DNA of 64,000 nucleotides from a virus, in the IMG/VR virus record IMGVR_UViG_3300010149_000010; one strand, 5' to 3'. The stretch's first letter is position 1, and the number at the start of each line of letters is the position of its first letter. Below, piece by piece: positions 30,768 to 41,164 of this stretch. Position numbers and translations under genes: made by a program. The notes beneath the pieces were generated by a model. The model had not been told where the DNA came from. It made no database searches and saw nothing but the letters and a program-made list of their open reading frames with translations.

Positions 30768-33700
30768 CAGTCTTCGTCCATATACATATAGCCTAGCATT
30801 GAAAGGCTTTTTTCTAAGCCAACCACACTACTAGCTATTTTTGAGAGGTTTACTGTTATTGCAGATTTTAAAGAAGACAGTTCATTTTTATCATAACTTT
30901 GCATAACTCTTTTTCCATAAGCTTTCATTTCTTGCTGTCTTTTTACATAGCCCTTTATTGTACTTGTTGCATTATTATAAATGTAACCTAACATATTATT
31001 CCACTTTTCTGTTTCATCTACTTCTTCGAAACCGCCAGTAACTAATGGTACCCCGTCTTTTACTAAAGGGTAAAGCTGTATTATGTTACCAGCATCCATT
31101 CGTGAAAGAATATGCTGTCTGAACATGTTCTTTCCTAAATCCCCACTGCTATAAGAAGAACTAAATGCTGCATTTATTGCATCTCCAGATTGCGCTAAAA
31201 ATAAAGAGCTAGCAAAAAATAAACCCATTTTTAATGGTCCATTCCCAAGTATTTTTAAACCGTTGCTAGAAGCTAAACGCCTTCTTAAGAGTTCGCCTCC
31301 AAAGAAAGCTCCAGAGATACTTGCAGACAAACCACCCGCTGTATTGATAACGTCAGTCAATTCTTTTGGAATTGTAGCTCCTTCTGGAACTAGATCATTT
31401 AGGAAGTTTGCGTTACTTGAGTTTTGATAATTTTTAATTACATAGTCACTAATTTTATTTACTATCTCTTGCTTTTTTTCTTCCGTAATATCATTAGGAT
31501 TTATTGCGATACCAGCTCCCGCTTGGTATCTAAGAAAGCCACCTTCTTTTGCAATTGTCTCATCTATTAAATTTTCGACCTCGTCTTCTACGATTTCTCT
31601 AACAGCTTTTGTTTTTTCTTCCATACTATTTCCCATAGCATTAAAACTGTTGTATTCGTCAAAGACTCTAGCCCTTGTTTCATAAACTAAATTTTGCATA
31701 ATCATTGGGTGAGAAAGCTCTTCGTTCGCTGTCACTAAAGCGTTTACTTCTACATCGGTTATGAAACCAGTTTCAAAAGAAAGCATATGAGTAACAGAGC
31801 AAACCTCTACAGGGCCATACATGTTTGTTATGTCATCATGTAGCACCACTACATCCCAAGGGTTTATTTTTGTGTCTCCAAGGATCGTCAAGGACCCTTC
31901 GTACATTTTTCTAGTGCCATGCAATAGCTCTCCGAGCCCATATCTTACTGCATTGCTTGGCCCTATTATATTCCTAGAAGAAACTGTTTTCTCTTTAAGA
32001 TTGTTCATACTAATATTTCTGTTGGCTCTAAATCTTAAAGTTTCAATTTGATCCCCGAACTTAGATAGATGCGGAGACCAATCGTTAGGGCTTAGACCCT
32101 CTTGACTCCCATCCAGGTCTTTTCTATTGTTTATGAAGTTTACACTTACTGCATTTATCATGTTATGTGAGGAAACAATAACATTATTAGACACAAGGTT
32201 TCTCTTTGAAGAAACCAAATGGAACTGCCTAAAAGGCACAAATCTATCTTTTGTCTTTTTTATAAAATAATCGTACGCTTTTTCAGTAAAGAATTTTTTT
32301 AATTTATCACCATTACTGCTATCTGTGTCATTAGACAAGGCCAATTCTCTTGGAAAGAGCTCGCCTATATTTTTCATACTTAAAGCGCCACCGTTTGCTT
32401 CTTTCAAAGCCACATAGATAGCGTTGAGCTTTCTTATTTGGTTATTTGATATTTTTTTAGACCAGTAACGTTGACTTGGAACTCCAAAGAAAACTCTGTA
32501 TTCAAGGCTATTCCCATATGGTCGAACCCCATAAATGTACCCAGGATGTCGCAAAGTGCATTCATGCAATATGTCCCATATTGTTTGTCCATTTACTATA
32601 AACGTGTTTTCGTACTGAGCGACATCTAGCCGCTTATCTACCAAACTAAAAGGACTCAATTTTAAATCTTTCAGCTTGGAATCATTTGTTATGTTAATCA
32701 TTCCCCATGTACTGTTGTTTATGAGTTTTTTACTTTCTTTGCTCATTGCTTCGACCCACTCTGAACCAGCAGAAGCCAATGAATCCCAGTATGAGTACGT
32801 GGTGCTTGGTACATTTATCATATATTGTTTAGGGTGCGGAGAGAAAATATTGTCATCTTGTGGAGATAGAAGTTTCTTTTTCTTCAATTTATTCTTGTCT
32901 TCGCTAAAGCTTCCTAGCATGCTGTAATACATAAATTTAGCAGAATCTATTATTACGTCTGCCCCTGCCAACATTACTGAAGTGACAAGCCCTCCTGTAA
33001 ATCCAACCGCAAGCGGCAAGGTAATACTACTGTAACCTCTTGCAAGAATATCAACGCCAATCTTTGACCCTAACCAAGTCTTTGACATTAAAGATGGTCC
33101 CAACCCACTCATTCCTAAAGCGCCAAAACCTCGCTGCTTTACGATTACTTGCTTTAAAAACTCTTCTCCAAGCTTATTCCCAGCCTGATATTTACCCGCT
33201 GTAAGTATCTGCGCAATCTTTTGGAATAATGTAACTACAGAGCCATTTAAGTAGCCATGCGCAATAACATTAGATCTTAAAGCTGCAAACCTCCCTCCAG
33301 TATTTACTACTAAGCTATTAAGCCCTCCAATGGAATTCAATTTAAGTGCTTCCATACCAAGCGGACCAAAAGTTCCAGGAGCTAAGTTGTACCTATTTGC
33401 GCGTATTAGATATTCTAACGCGTCATCAAAAGTATTTATAACTGGAGCGTATCCCGCTAGTTGTGCTGCTAAGGGATTTTTTGTTGAAGATCGCGCTACA
33501 AGATTAGATAAGTTTTGCGCTCGTTTAATAATTAAATCTTTAGCTCTTTGGCTTATTCCAAATGGGTTAATAAAGCTAATAGGCTTTACAAAAACAGCAT
33601 TAACGTAACGCCCAACACCCCTAGCAAAAGCTGCACCTTTTCCTGCACCAGCATACCAGCTTGTTATCTTTGTAACAAACGTTGTCTTGGCTCCCATTTT

Positions 33701-36700
33701 TAATAATGGCATGCCAAAAGTAAGCAATCCAACACCAATACCAATACCAAAAGTATTATCTGATACCCAATCAAAGAAGTTTCTACTTAAACTAAAATTA
33801 AAACTACTTTCTTTTTTATATATATCTAAATCTAAAGAAAAGTCTTTGTATTCGCCAAATTGAAATACTGCACCCACCTTAGATCTTCCGAAATGCTTCA
33901 ACTCATCGCTTAACATCATGCTACCTAATAATTGATGTGTACTATAAAAAGCATGTGCACTATTTTTATTTTTATTTCCGTTGCCTTTCCTCAAGGCCGT
34001 GAGCTCAACACCAAAACTTTGTACAGTGATATTACATATACTATTATTCTGCGCGTAATTTATGTCTGCAATCTTGCCTGAGATAAGCACGTCCAGCTCG
34101 TTAGTGTTGCTTTCATAACCAGCTCTAAGTTGAACAGTTACTCCTGGTCGAAGCACTATACTATCAATAAAGTTGCCTTCTTTTTTGAAGTTTTCTTCTT
34201 TTACATTTGGGTCTAGATCAACGTCTCTTAAAGCTCTTTTTTTAGTCCCATCTAGCACTCCGGAAATGTTTTGTAATTGTATAGTGGCTGTAGAGGCTGC
34301 TAGCTCTCTTGAGTTGTGAACATTAAAGCTAATTACAGAGTTGTAGTAAAAAAAATCATCGAAAGCAGTTAATCGATCTGTATAGATTTCGTCCTCTTCA
34401 ATTAGATACAGTCTGAATGTTGGAAAAGCATTTTTCATGGTTTTTAATTTGTAAATATTTTTACTGCTATCTTCAGACAGCCCCATAATGCTTTCTTTTC
34501 CGTAATCCTGCTCTATCTGCTCGCCTAATGTACGGTTGAGTTCTTTGTCTCCAGATTTTTTAATCTCTTTTAAGAAATCGTCTTTAATTTTAAAACCAAG
34601 ACTACTGCCAAAAGCGCTACTGAGCCTGCTAAGCTCCTTATTATACCTAGAATCAATCGCTTTGTTTGTTTCGGCTACTGTCTTCGTTACGGTTTTTATT
34701 ATTGCAGGTACAGCATTACTACTTGATGAGACCATGCTTTCACTCACAGTTACATTTATTTGAGCTTCTTCACTTACTTTTTCCGTGTTGTCAAACACAC
34801 CAATTTTAATTGGCGCTCCATAAGCCATCTTTTTCTCGTCTGATTCTCCAGTAATCATAAACTCAGAGATAGATCTCAAAACCTCTGTGCTATCCACAAG
34901 CTCGTTCACTATTTTTGTAGCAGATTCATTTCCTTCAAGCTTACTTTCAGGGCCAGTAAATATTCCATTTCTCAATCCTTTTTGAAACTGAATTGAGCTA
35001 TTTAATATTTTGTCTGCAGCTGCAAATTCTTTTTCTTTTGCAGACTTAACCATTGTGTCTAATATGTCATTACCGTCATGGTAGTAGAAACATGGAGACA
35101 AATTGGAATTGCTATAAAGATTATTAGGATCTTGAGGCAAGTCAATATCTGGGTAAGCATTTTCTTCTAGAAGTTCAAAAACGGTACTTCCATCAAGTAC
35201 TTTTAATAAAGTTGCATCTCTTGAATTTTCTACTATTTTTGGGTTTAAAGACATGTGCTCTTCTAAAATTGCGCTCAGAAGTTTCCTTAAGTAAGCAATT
35301 TTAAATCTATTCTCATTCTTTAAAGCTTCTTTCCCTTTGATTGTATTGAAATATTCTTTTAAGCCGTTTTTATTTTTTATTTGATAAGTGACTAGATATG
35401 GAAATCTATTCTCATTCTTTAAAGCTTCTGGATCCGATTTAATTTGAGCAGGATTCCTTGTATTAGGCCAGTAATATGGATCACTCTCTGATTGTTTTAA
35501 ATAAGAGATAGTCTTATTTGTTTTATCTATTTTTAAAATGTGATGATGATCTTCTTCATCAGGACCGGTCGTATTTACAGCTGGAAAAGTGAATAAAAAT
35601 CTTAAGTAATTTTTCATTTCTTTTAAAGTTAGTTCTTCTGCAAGCGCAAAGTTGGCCAACTTTGCATTTATATTTCCATTTTTATCATAAATGCCTTCGC
35701 TGTCTTTAAGGCTTCGTCTTATTAAATTTAGAGCTCTGCTTGATGCATCTAATTCAGACGCTACTTTGTTGAATTTTTCAAATATACTGAGTTCAGAAAA
35801 TATTGGTTTGACGTGATTGTTGATTCCGCTGCGGACCGTATCCGCACGACCTATCTCAGTTAAAAAATCTCCAATCTTTCGCCCGCCCTTAACACTTATA
35901 TTTACTCCTTCTCCAATAAGAAAATTCTTATTTTCTTCAAAGTATTTAATATAGAGTTTAAAGCTCTCTTTATCCTTTAAGAATTTTCCATGGGAGGCCA
36001 TGCCTGCAGTCACTCGTTCTAATTGCGATTTACCTTGACTATCTAAATTGCCTCCTAAAGCATCCCAAACACCATACATTTCAAGTGCTAAAAATACGCC
36101 ACTAATAACCCACCCTGCAGGGTTAATCTTGGTACCAGCAAAAAACAACGCTTGACTAATTCTATGGAGTGTTATTCCGGTGCCTATAGCACTTGCAGTT
36201 AGTGCAACTCCTTTTGTTGATTTTGAGATGTTGTTCGCTTCGCTCAGTATGGCTCCTGTGCTTAAACTTGTAACTCCCGTGAAAAGCCGCTCTGTGGAAG
36301 TATAAAAAGCAGGCAATACAGGAAAATTGTATAGTTCTTTTTGAATGAACTTCATTTCATCTTCAAATTCTTTGGCAGAATCTGTGTAGAGGTAAGGCTC
36401 CGTCAACATTAACGACGCCAACTCAGTAAAGCTTTTTAAAAGCTTATTGTTATTTAATTTAGCTCTAGTTAATGCATCTCTCTGAGCGCTCTTTGCATTT
36501 ACTTCTCCTACATTAAAGAATAATGATTTTGATTTTAAATCACTTTTATCTGTTATTACCCTGCTAGCAAACTGAGTTTTGGCCACTCCACTGAATCTAT
36601 CCATTCCTAGAGAGCCTGGAACTACGCTTTGAACTGTTTTAGTGCCATACTCAGTTGATGTTTGTATGTTTACTTTTAGCTCTTTCCCGTAATAACGGGT

Positions 36701-39700
36701 TACAGCTTTTATTACAGCCTTTTGTTCTTCACTTAGTTTCTTTTTGCCTTTGGGTGGAAAGAATTTTATCTCATACTTATTACCTGCTTGGGATATTTCA
36801 AAGTTGTATCTTCTCACTTTCCTCTCAGGTATCACTGCTTGAAAAGTAATCGATGCAGGCGTTACTGTTTCTTGATAAAGACTCTTTATTGCATTAGTAT
36901 CTACTAGATTATTATCTGACAGGAAAGTAATAAAATCTTCAGGCTTTGTAGAGGTTAGCTTGTATGCTTCTATATCTGCACTCTCTCTTGTGTCCTCCTT
37001 TAAAGCGGTTTTATCTTCTTTAGCTAAATCCCCTTCCTCTATTTCTTCAGCTTCATCATTGTCTAAATCACTTGATTCTTCAACTGCATCATCATTTGTT
37101 GGTAAATCGCCACTATCGAATACTTCATATATTCTTGGGAGCAAATATTGCACATCGTATTTAGTTCCATGACTGTGACTGTGACTTACTATAGTATAAC
37201 TGCCATCAATTACTGTCGCTAAAGGTACATCTCTAGAGTTAAGATTAGGTTCATCAGTCAAATCGTTGCTAAACATTTTTGGGACACTAGGAATCCCTGG
37301 AACAATCCTATGAAGCTCATTAATAAAGTGGCATGCAGCTTCAATTAGCTTATCTGGGAACTTTAATATCTGCCTTGGCCCGTCTGGGCCTGGATTATCA
37401 ATTACCTCAAACCCATATCTTTTTGCATTAGACGTTACAGGAGACAAAGCAAAATCAAAACCTATTGAGTTTGCATTAAAATTCCCCGCATGATTTGCTT
37501 GGTAGGCTGCGTCTACCATTTGGCTAGCAATTATAGTTCCATCTTTTTTATAACTTATACCAAAGTGACTACTTGTCGTGGTACCGGCCCATGTTCTTTT
37601 TAGAAACTCTGCGTTATGTCCACCATGGTGCAACATAATAAACTTGATATCATCGAGATCCCTCGGAGCTCGGCCAATCTGACCATCTGCATGATCTGTC
37701 TGTATGTTTATCTTTTCGTTTTGAGTGAAGTTTTCAAACTCAAATAAACCTCTAGTGTCTATTTCATAGCCTTTACCATTTATTATGACGCCTTTTTGGT
37801 CTTGTTGCTTGTAATACTCTTTTAAAGCGTCGTCAAAGCCACTTTTTCTTATATAAGCTTTAATAATAGCTATGTCTTCGTTCCAAAACTTCTTTTGATC
37901 AATAAACCGATACGGATCTTCTTTACCTCCCCATCGTCTTCTACTATCTCTCACATTCCAAGAAGAACCAATTTTATTTGCATGGTTAACAACAAAGTTT
38001 ACGTCTAAATGTATAAAACTACCTGCAGTGTTGGGCATAAGGTTATCATTAAAAATAGCTGCAGTGGGACCGGCGTTAGCGCCGGTCCCACTAATCCTGC
38101 CGCTTTGTCCCCCAATAGCACTACCGTAAATACCTATTCCAAAAATCCTTCTTCTGTTTCTTTTACCTTTTCTTTTGCCTATGCTGTCGAAGAAGAATCT
38201 TCTTTCTTCCAAGAGTTCAATTATTGCAGCTGCTTCACAAACATTCATATTATTTATGTATATGTCTGCAGCCCCACCTGTGAAGTGATTAGAAGCTGTA
38301 TCTCTGCTTCGTCCATCTAACTGTCTATCTAATGTAGAAAACGCATTGATAGCAAAATTCTTAGGGTTTGTTCCACTTATAGCTCTATGCTTTAAATAAA
38401 TATTTAAAAACTTCTGTAACGGGTCTAGGTAATCCTTACAAAATTCAAAAGCATTCTTATCTATATCCCCTACGAGTATTTTTTCAAGTCCTTGATTTTT
38501 AATCTGCGTCCTTAAATGCTTTTTTGAATGTGCATAGAAAGACTTCGCACCGAAATATATAGTATTCCAGTAATGATTTACATATTTGGCCGTAGAGTAC
38601 GACCTGGCATTACTGCTAACTGCACTTCCTCCTTGAGGACCAATATTAATGCCGCTTTGCTGAATTACTGAAGCGTACCTGCTTAAATAATTCTCATCTA
38701 CTTCGGAGCTTTTTGCCGCCCTTACTTCCTCTTCATCATAACACTTACTTTCACTAAAGCGTAAATTCAATCCAACCGCTCCCGGTGAACCTTCAATAGT
38801 AAATGTATCTACAGAAGAAATTAAAAATCTGGGTTTTATATCTCTGATTACAGCTTCTTGCTTGTTGTTAAACTCGACGACTTTTTCATCATTGTCAGCA
38901 TATTTAAAAGATCCTACAAGTTTTGTTATTAATGACTCAACGACAATATTTGCAGCGTCAGGTATTTGAGGAAAATTCTTAGCCATGTAAGCGGTATGCG
39001 CTCTGACGTTTTCTAATTCTTTGATTTTCGGAGGAAGCCCGTCACCAATTCCAGTGTACCCGATAAAATTAAACTGATAGCTAGGTTCTATGCTACCTAG
39101 AAACTGATGCGTAGGGTATTCATAACCAAGTACAGGAATAGAGCTGATAATGTTTCTCAAGCTACAAGAAACGTTTGTTATATCTTGCTCAAACTTTGGA
39201 AAAGAATCGCTGTTTACTCCGAAAGTATCCTTACCTGTGATCGCTTTAACATCTTCTTCAAACAAGTTAGAGTCGAATGAAAGTATCAGTGCTTTTTGAA
39301 AAACATTCTCTAGGCCACTTCGATACTGGTACTGAGAAAACCCTTCTTCTTCAATTACTCTTTTAATGGAGTTAATGTAAGGTAGATCCTTTTCAGTTAA
39401 ATATGTTTCGTTATCATTGCCTAATGAAACTTTAGAAACAGACCTTTTAACGACTTTACTGCTTTTTACATATTTTTCTTCTAAAGCTTTCCCAGTTAGT
39501 GTTAAGCAAAGATCATTTATTAATTGTCCACTTGCATTTATTGTAAACTCATTGTTCGTGTCAAAGTATCCAACTATTGTTCCCGCAGGAAAAACCTTTC
39601 CTTCTTGAGCCTTAATCCAATAACGCAAGTTCTCTTGCTCTTGTACTCCGCTGTATACTATCTTTTCTTCTTTTACACCACTTCCATTTGTAATAATTAT

Positions 39701-41161
39701 TTCCCCATTATTACTGTATGTGATCTTACCAGCTCTGATAGTCATTACTGCAAAAGCTAAATTGCTTGAATTGTTTTCATCCCATTCCTGAGTATTTTGA
39801 ACTTTATAGCCAGCGTTTGAAGTGCCTGTTATAAAAACATTACTACCAGGAGAATAATACCCAAAAGCTTGTAAAGATCTTTGTATTGGTAAAGAATATT
39901 CTTGAGAAATCGGGTCTATAGCTAGCCTTAAGTCTCTATCTTGTGGCGCACTTAAAGTTAAACCAGAGGTTACTGGTTTTGCTTCATTAATTACAGCTTC
40001 TTTTTTAGCTTCGTAGTCTTTGAAAAGTTTAAAGATTTTCTGTTTATTTTTTTTTATAACTTCATTTTGACTTTTTTCATTCATCCCTTTCACAATGCCT
40101 TTACGCAGACTTTTTCTGTGCCTGAATAGGAAGTTCCCCCCTAAGTTTAAAGACTTGTATTCCTTTGTCACAATTCTCGTATTAAGTCCACTCAACAGTA
40201 TCGAATGCGTCAGGTCTTTTCTGAACTTTAAAAGTTTATCATTTTTAATTCCATTAACTTTTAATTCGTGAATCCCTACTACGCTTGGTCTTTTAATGTT
40301 GCCTTCATACGCAGTACCCTGAAATAAATTGTAAACCTCTTCGTCTACAAATACCTCGTTTGGAACAAACTCTTCAATATTTTCCGTCCCTTTAACTACG
40401 TTTATTCCAAAACTTTCGTTTAAATATTTCAATTGCAAGAAGTTCGAATACCGTTTGTAAGCATTCGATTTTCTTGGGTCCGTAACAACACTTCTGCTTC
40501 TCGAAATAGCTTGTCTTGATAAGCTAAGAGGATTGTTACCATTAGGAGGGCTTAAGTCTCTTATTGTATTATTGCTACGTTTTAAATTTTTGCTGTATTT
40601 TAAAAGCGGCTTTCTTTGATCGGGCGTGCCTTTATATGTTGGGAAAATGGAATGCACATATTCTTTCACGCTTCCCTTATCTTCGACTTTCACTGTGTAG
40701 TCTTTTCTAAAGGTCAAAGATCTTCCAAAAGGTTTGTAGTTGAAATACCTTAGATCTAATTCTACTAAAAAAGCACCTGGCGAGCTAGGGTGGTTTGCAA
40801 TGTTCAAACCAAACACAGTAAAATAGTTAATTTGTGTAGCTACTGCATGGGTGTCTGATATGCTTTGCTGTATGAAACTATTTTGAATAGACACAAAAGG
40901 GTTGTTTCTTACTTGAGAAATCAATCGGTGCAAAAGTAGCAATGAGTCTGGTGCAAAAGTAATGCTAACCTGCGCGTGATAGTTACCATTTCCTGAAGCT
41001 ATTTTTGTGGAAACTCTAGATCTTAAAGTTTTCCACGCATATTCCAACCCCTCTTTATGCACTGATATTGCTGTAGGTGGAATATGAAGCTCAATATCGT
41101 TAATTACAAAATTAGCTTCTTGAGAATTAAACAGATCAGGAATGTTATTCAATTCACGCAT
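30767..41161 (-). CDS. Giant baseplate hub / tail-associated lysin (peptidase M15-like + amidase_2 + gp27/VgrG-like hub)
   Basis: M15: ASNHFTGGAADI...FIHLD. Amidase: IMLHHG, SSHFGI, NHAGNFNANSIGFD, IVSH. Hub: TATIQLQN, LRPGVTVQLRAGY, YEGSLTILGDTKINPWD...VCSVTH. Confidence 0.8.
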   Translation of the reverse strand: MRELNNIPDLFNSQEANFVINDIELHIPPTAISVHKEGLEYAWKTLRSRVSTKIASGNGNYHAQVSITFAPDSLLLLHRLISQVRNNPFVSIQNSFIQQSISDTHAVATQINYFTVFGLNIANHPSSPGAFLVELDLRYFNYKPFGRSLTFRKDYTVKVEDKGSVKEYVHSIFPTYKGTPDQRKPLLKYSKNLKRSNNTIRDLSPPNGNNPLSLSRQAISRSRSVVTDPRKSNAYKRYSNFLQLKYLNESFGINVVKGTENIEEFVPNEVFVDEEVYNLFQGTAYEGNIKRPSVVGIHELKVNGIKNDKLLKFRKDLTHSILLSGLNTRIVTKEYKSLNLGGNFLFRHRKSLRKGIVKGMNEKSQNEVIKKNKQKIFKLFKDYEAKKEAVINEAKPVTSGLTLSAPQDRDLRLAIDPISQEYSLPIQRSLQAFGYYSPGSNVFITGTSNAGYKVQNTQEWDENNSSNLAFAVMTIRAGKITYSNNGEIIITNGSGVKEEKIVYSGVQEQENLRYWIKAQEGKVFPAGTIVGYFDTNNEFTINASGQLINDLCLTLTGKALEEKYVKSSKVVKRSVSKVSLGNDNETYLTEKDLPYINSIKRVIEEEGFSQYQYRSGLENVFQKALILSFDSNLFEEDVKAITGKDTFGVNSDSFPKFEQDITNVSCSLRNIISSIPVLGYEYPTHQFLGSIEPSYQFNFIGYTGIGDGLPPKIKELENVRAHTAYMAKNFPQIPDAANIVVESLITKLVGSFKYADNDEKVVEFNNKQEAVIRDIKPRFLISSVDTFTIEGSPGAVGLNLRFSESKCYDEEEVRAAKSSEVDENYLSRYASVIQQSGINIGPQGGSAVSSNARSYSTAKYVNHYWNTIYFGAKSFYAHSKKHLRTQIKNQGLEKILVGDIDKNAFEFCKDYLDPLQKFLNIYLKHRAISGTNPKNFAINAFSTLDRQLDGRSRDTASNHFTGGAADIYINNMNVCEAAAIIELLEERRFFFDSIGKRKGKRNRRRIFGIGIYGSAIGGQSGRISGTGANAGPTAAIFNDNLMPNTAGSFIHLDVNFVVNHANKIGSSWNVRDSRRRWGGKEDPYRFIDQKKFWNEDIAIIKAYIRKSGFDDALKEYYKQQDQKGVIINGKGYEIDTRGLFEFENFTQNEKINIQTDHADGQIGRAPRDLDDIKFIMLHHGGHNAEFLKRTWAGTTTSSHFGISYKKDGTIIASQMVDAAYQANHAGNFNANSIGFDFALSPVTSNAKRYGFEVIDNPGPDGPRQILKFPDKLIEAACHFINELHRIVPGIPSVPKMFSNDLTDEPNLNSRDVPLATVIDGSYTIVSHSHSHGTKYDVQYLLPRIYEVFDSGDLPTNDDAVEESSDLDNDEAEEIEEGDLAKEDKTALKEDTRESADIEAYKLTSTKPEDFITFLSDNNLVDTNAIKSLYQETVTPASITFQAVIPERKVRRYNFEISQAGNKYEIKFFPPKGKKKLSEEQKAVIKAVTRYYGKELKVNIQTSTEYGTKTVQSVVPGSLGMDRFSGVAKTQFASRVITDKSDLKSKSLFFNVGEVNAKSAQRDALTRAKLNNNKLLKSFTELASLMLTEPYLYTDSAKEFEDEMKFIQKELYNFPVLPAFYTSTERLFTGVTSLSTGAILSEANNISKSTKGVALTASAIGTGITLHRISQALFFAGTKINPAGWVISGVFLALEMYGVWDALGGNLDSQGKSQLERVTAGMASHGKFLKDKESFKLYIKYFEENKNFLIGEGVNISVKGGRKIGDFLTEIGRADTVRSGINNHVKPIFSELSIFEKFNKVASELDASSRALNLIRRSLKDSEGIYDKNGNINAKLANFALAEELTLKEMKNYLRFLFTFPAVNTTGPDEEDHHHILKIDKTNKTISYLKQSESDPYYWPNTRNPAQIKSDPEALKNENRFPYLVTYQIKNKNGLKEYFNTIKGKEALKNENRFKIAYLRKLLSAILEEHMSLNPKIVENSRDATLLKVLDGSTVFELLEENAYPDIDLPQDPNNLYSNSNLSPCFYYHDGNDILDTMVKSAKEKEFAAADKILNSSIQFQKGLRNGIFTGPESKLEGNESATKIVNELVDSTEVLRSISEFMITGESDEKKMAYGAPIKIGVFDNTEKVSEEAQINVTVSESMVSSSSNAVPAIIKTVTKTVAETNKAIDSRYNKELSRLSSAFGSSLGFKIKDDFLKEIKKSGDKELNRTLGEQIEQDYGKESIMGLSEDSSKNIYKLKTMKNAFPTFRLYLIEEDEIYTDRLTAFDDFFYYNSVISFNVHNSRELAASTATIQLQNISGVLDGTKKRALRDVDLDPNVKEENFKKEGNFIDSIVLRPGVTVQLRAGYESNTNELDVLISGKIADINYAQNNSICNITVQSFGVELTALRKGNGNKNKNSAHAFYSTHQLLGSMMLSDELKHFGRSKVGAVFQFGEYKDFSLDLDIYKKESSFNFSLSRNFFDWVSDNTFGIGIGVGLLTFGMPLLKMGAKTTFVTKITSWYAGAGKGAAFARGVGRYVNAVFVKPISFINPFGISQRAKDLIIKRAQNLSNLVARSSTKNPLAAQLAGYAPVINTFDDALEYLIRANRYNLAPGTFGPLGMEALKLNSIGGLNSLVVNTGGRFAALRSNVIAHGYLNGSVVTLFQKIAQILTAGKYQAGNKLGEEFLKQVIVKQRGFGALGMSGLGPSLMSKTWLGSKIGVDILARGYSSITLPLAVGFTGGLVTSVMLAGADVIIDSAKFMYYSMLGSFSEDKNKLKKKKLLSPQDDNIFSPHPKQYMINVPSTTYSYWDSLASAGSEWVEAMSKESKKLINNSTWGMINITNDSKLKDLKLSPFSLVDKRLDVAQYENTFIVNGQTIWDILHECTLRHPGYIYGVRPYGNSLEYRVFFGVPSQRYWSKKISNNQIRKLNAIYVALKEANGGALSMKNIGELFPRELALSNDTDSSNGDKLKKFFTEKAYDYFIKKTKDRFVPFRQFHLVSSKRNLVSNNVIVSSHNMINAVSVNFINNRKDLDGSQEGLSPNDWSPHLSKFGDQIETLRFRANRNISMNNLKEKTVSSRNIIGPSNAVRYGLGELLHGTRKMYEGSLTILGDTKINPWDVVVLHDDITNMYGPVEVCSVTHMLSFETGFITDVEVNALVTANEELSHPMIMQNLVYETRARVFDEYNSFNAMGNSMEEKTKAVREIVEDEVENLIDETIAKEGGFLRYQAGAGIAINPNDITEEKKQEIVNKISDYVIKNYQNSSNANFLNDLVPEGATIPKELTDVINTAGGLSASISGAFFGGELLRRRLASSNGLKILGNGPLKMGLFFASSLFLAQSGDAINAAFSSSYSSGDLGKNMFRQHILSRMDAGNIIQLYPLVKDGVPLVTGGFEEVDETEKWNNMLGYIYNNATSTIKGYVKRQQEMKAYGKRVMQSYDKNELSSLKSAITVNLSKIASSVVGLEKSLSMLGYMYMDED
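35303..35429. repeat. Perfect 28-nt direct repeat (35303-35330 and 35402-35429), in frame (EALKNENRF twice)
   Basis: aaatctattctcattctttaaagcttct occurs twice with a 99-nt period. Confidence 0.95.
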
Positions 41162-41164
41162 ATT

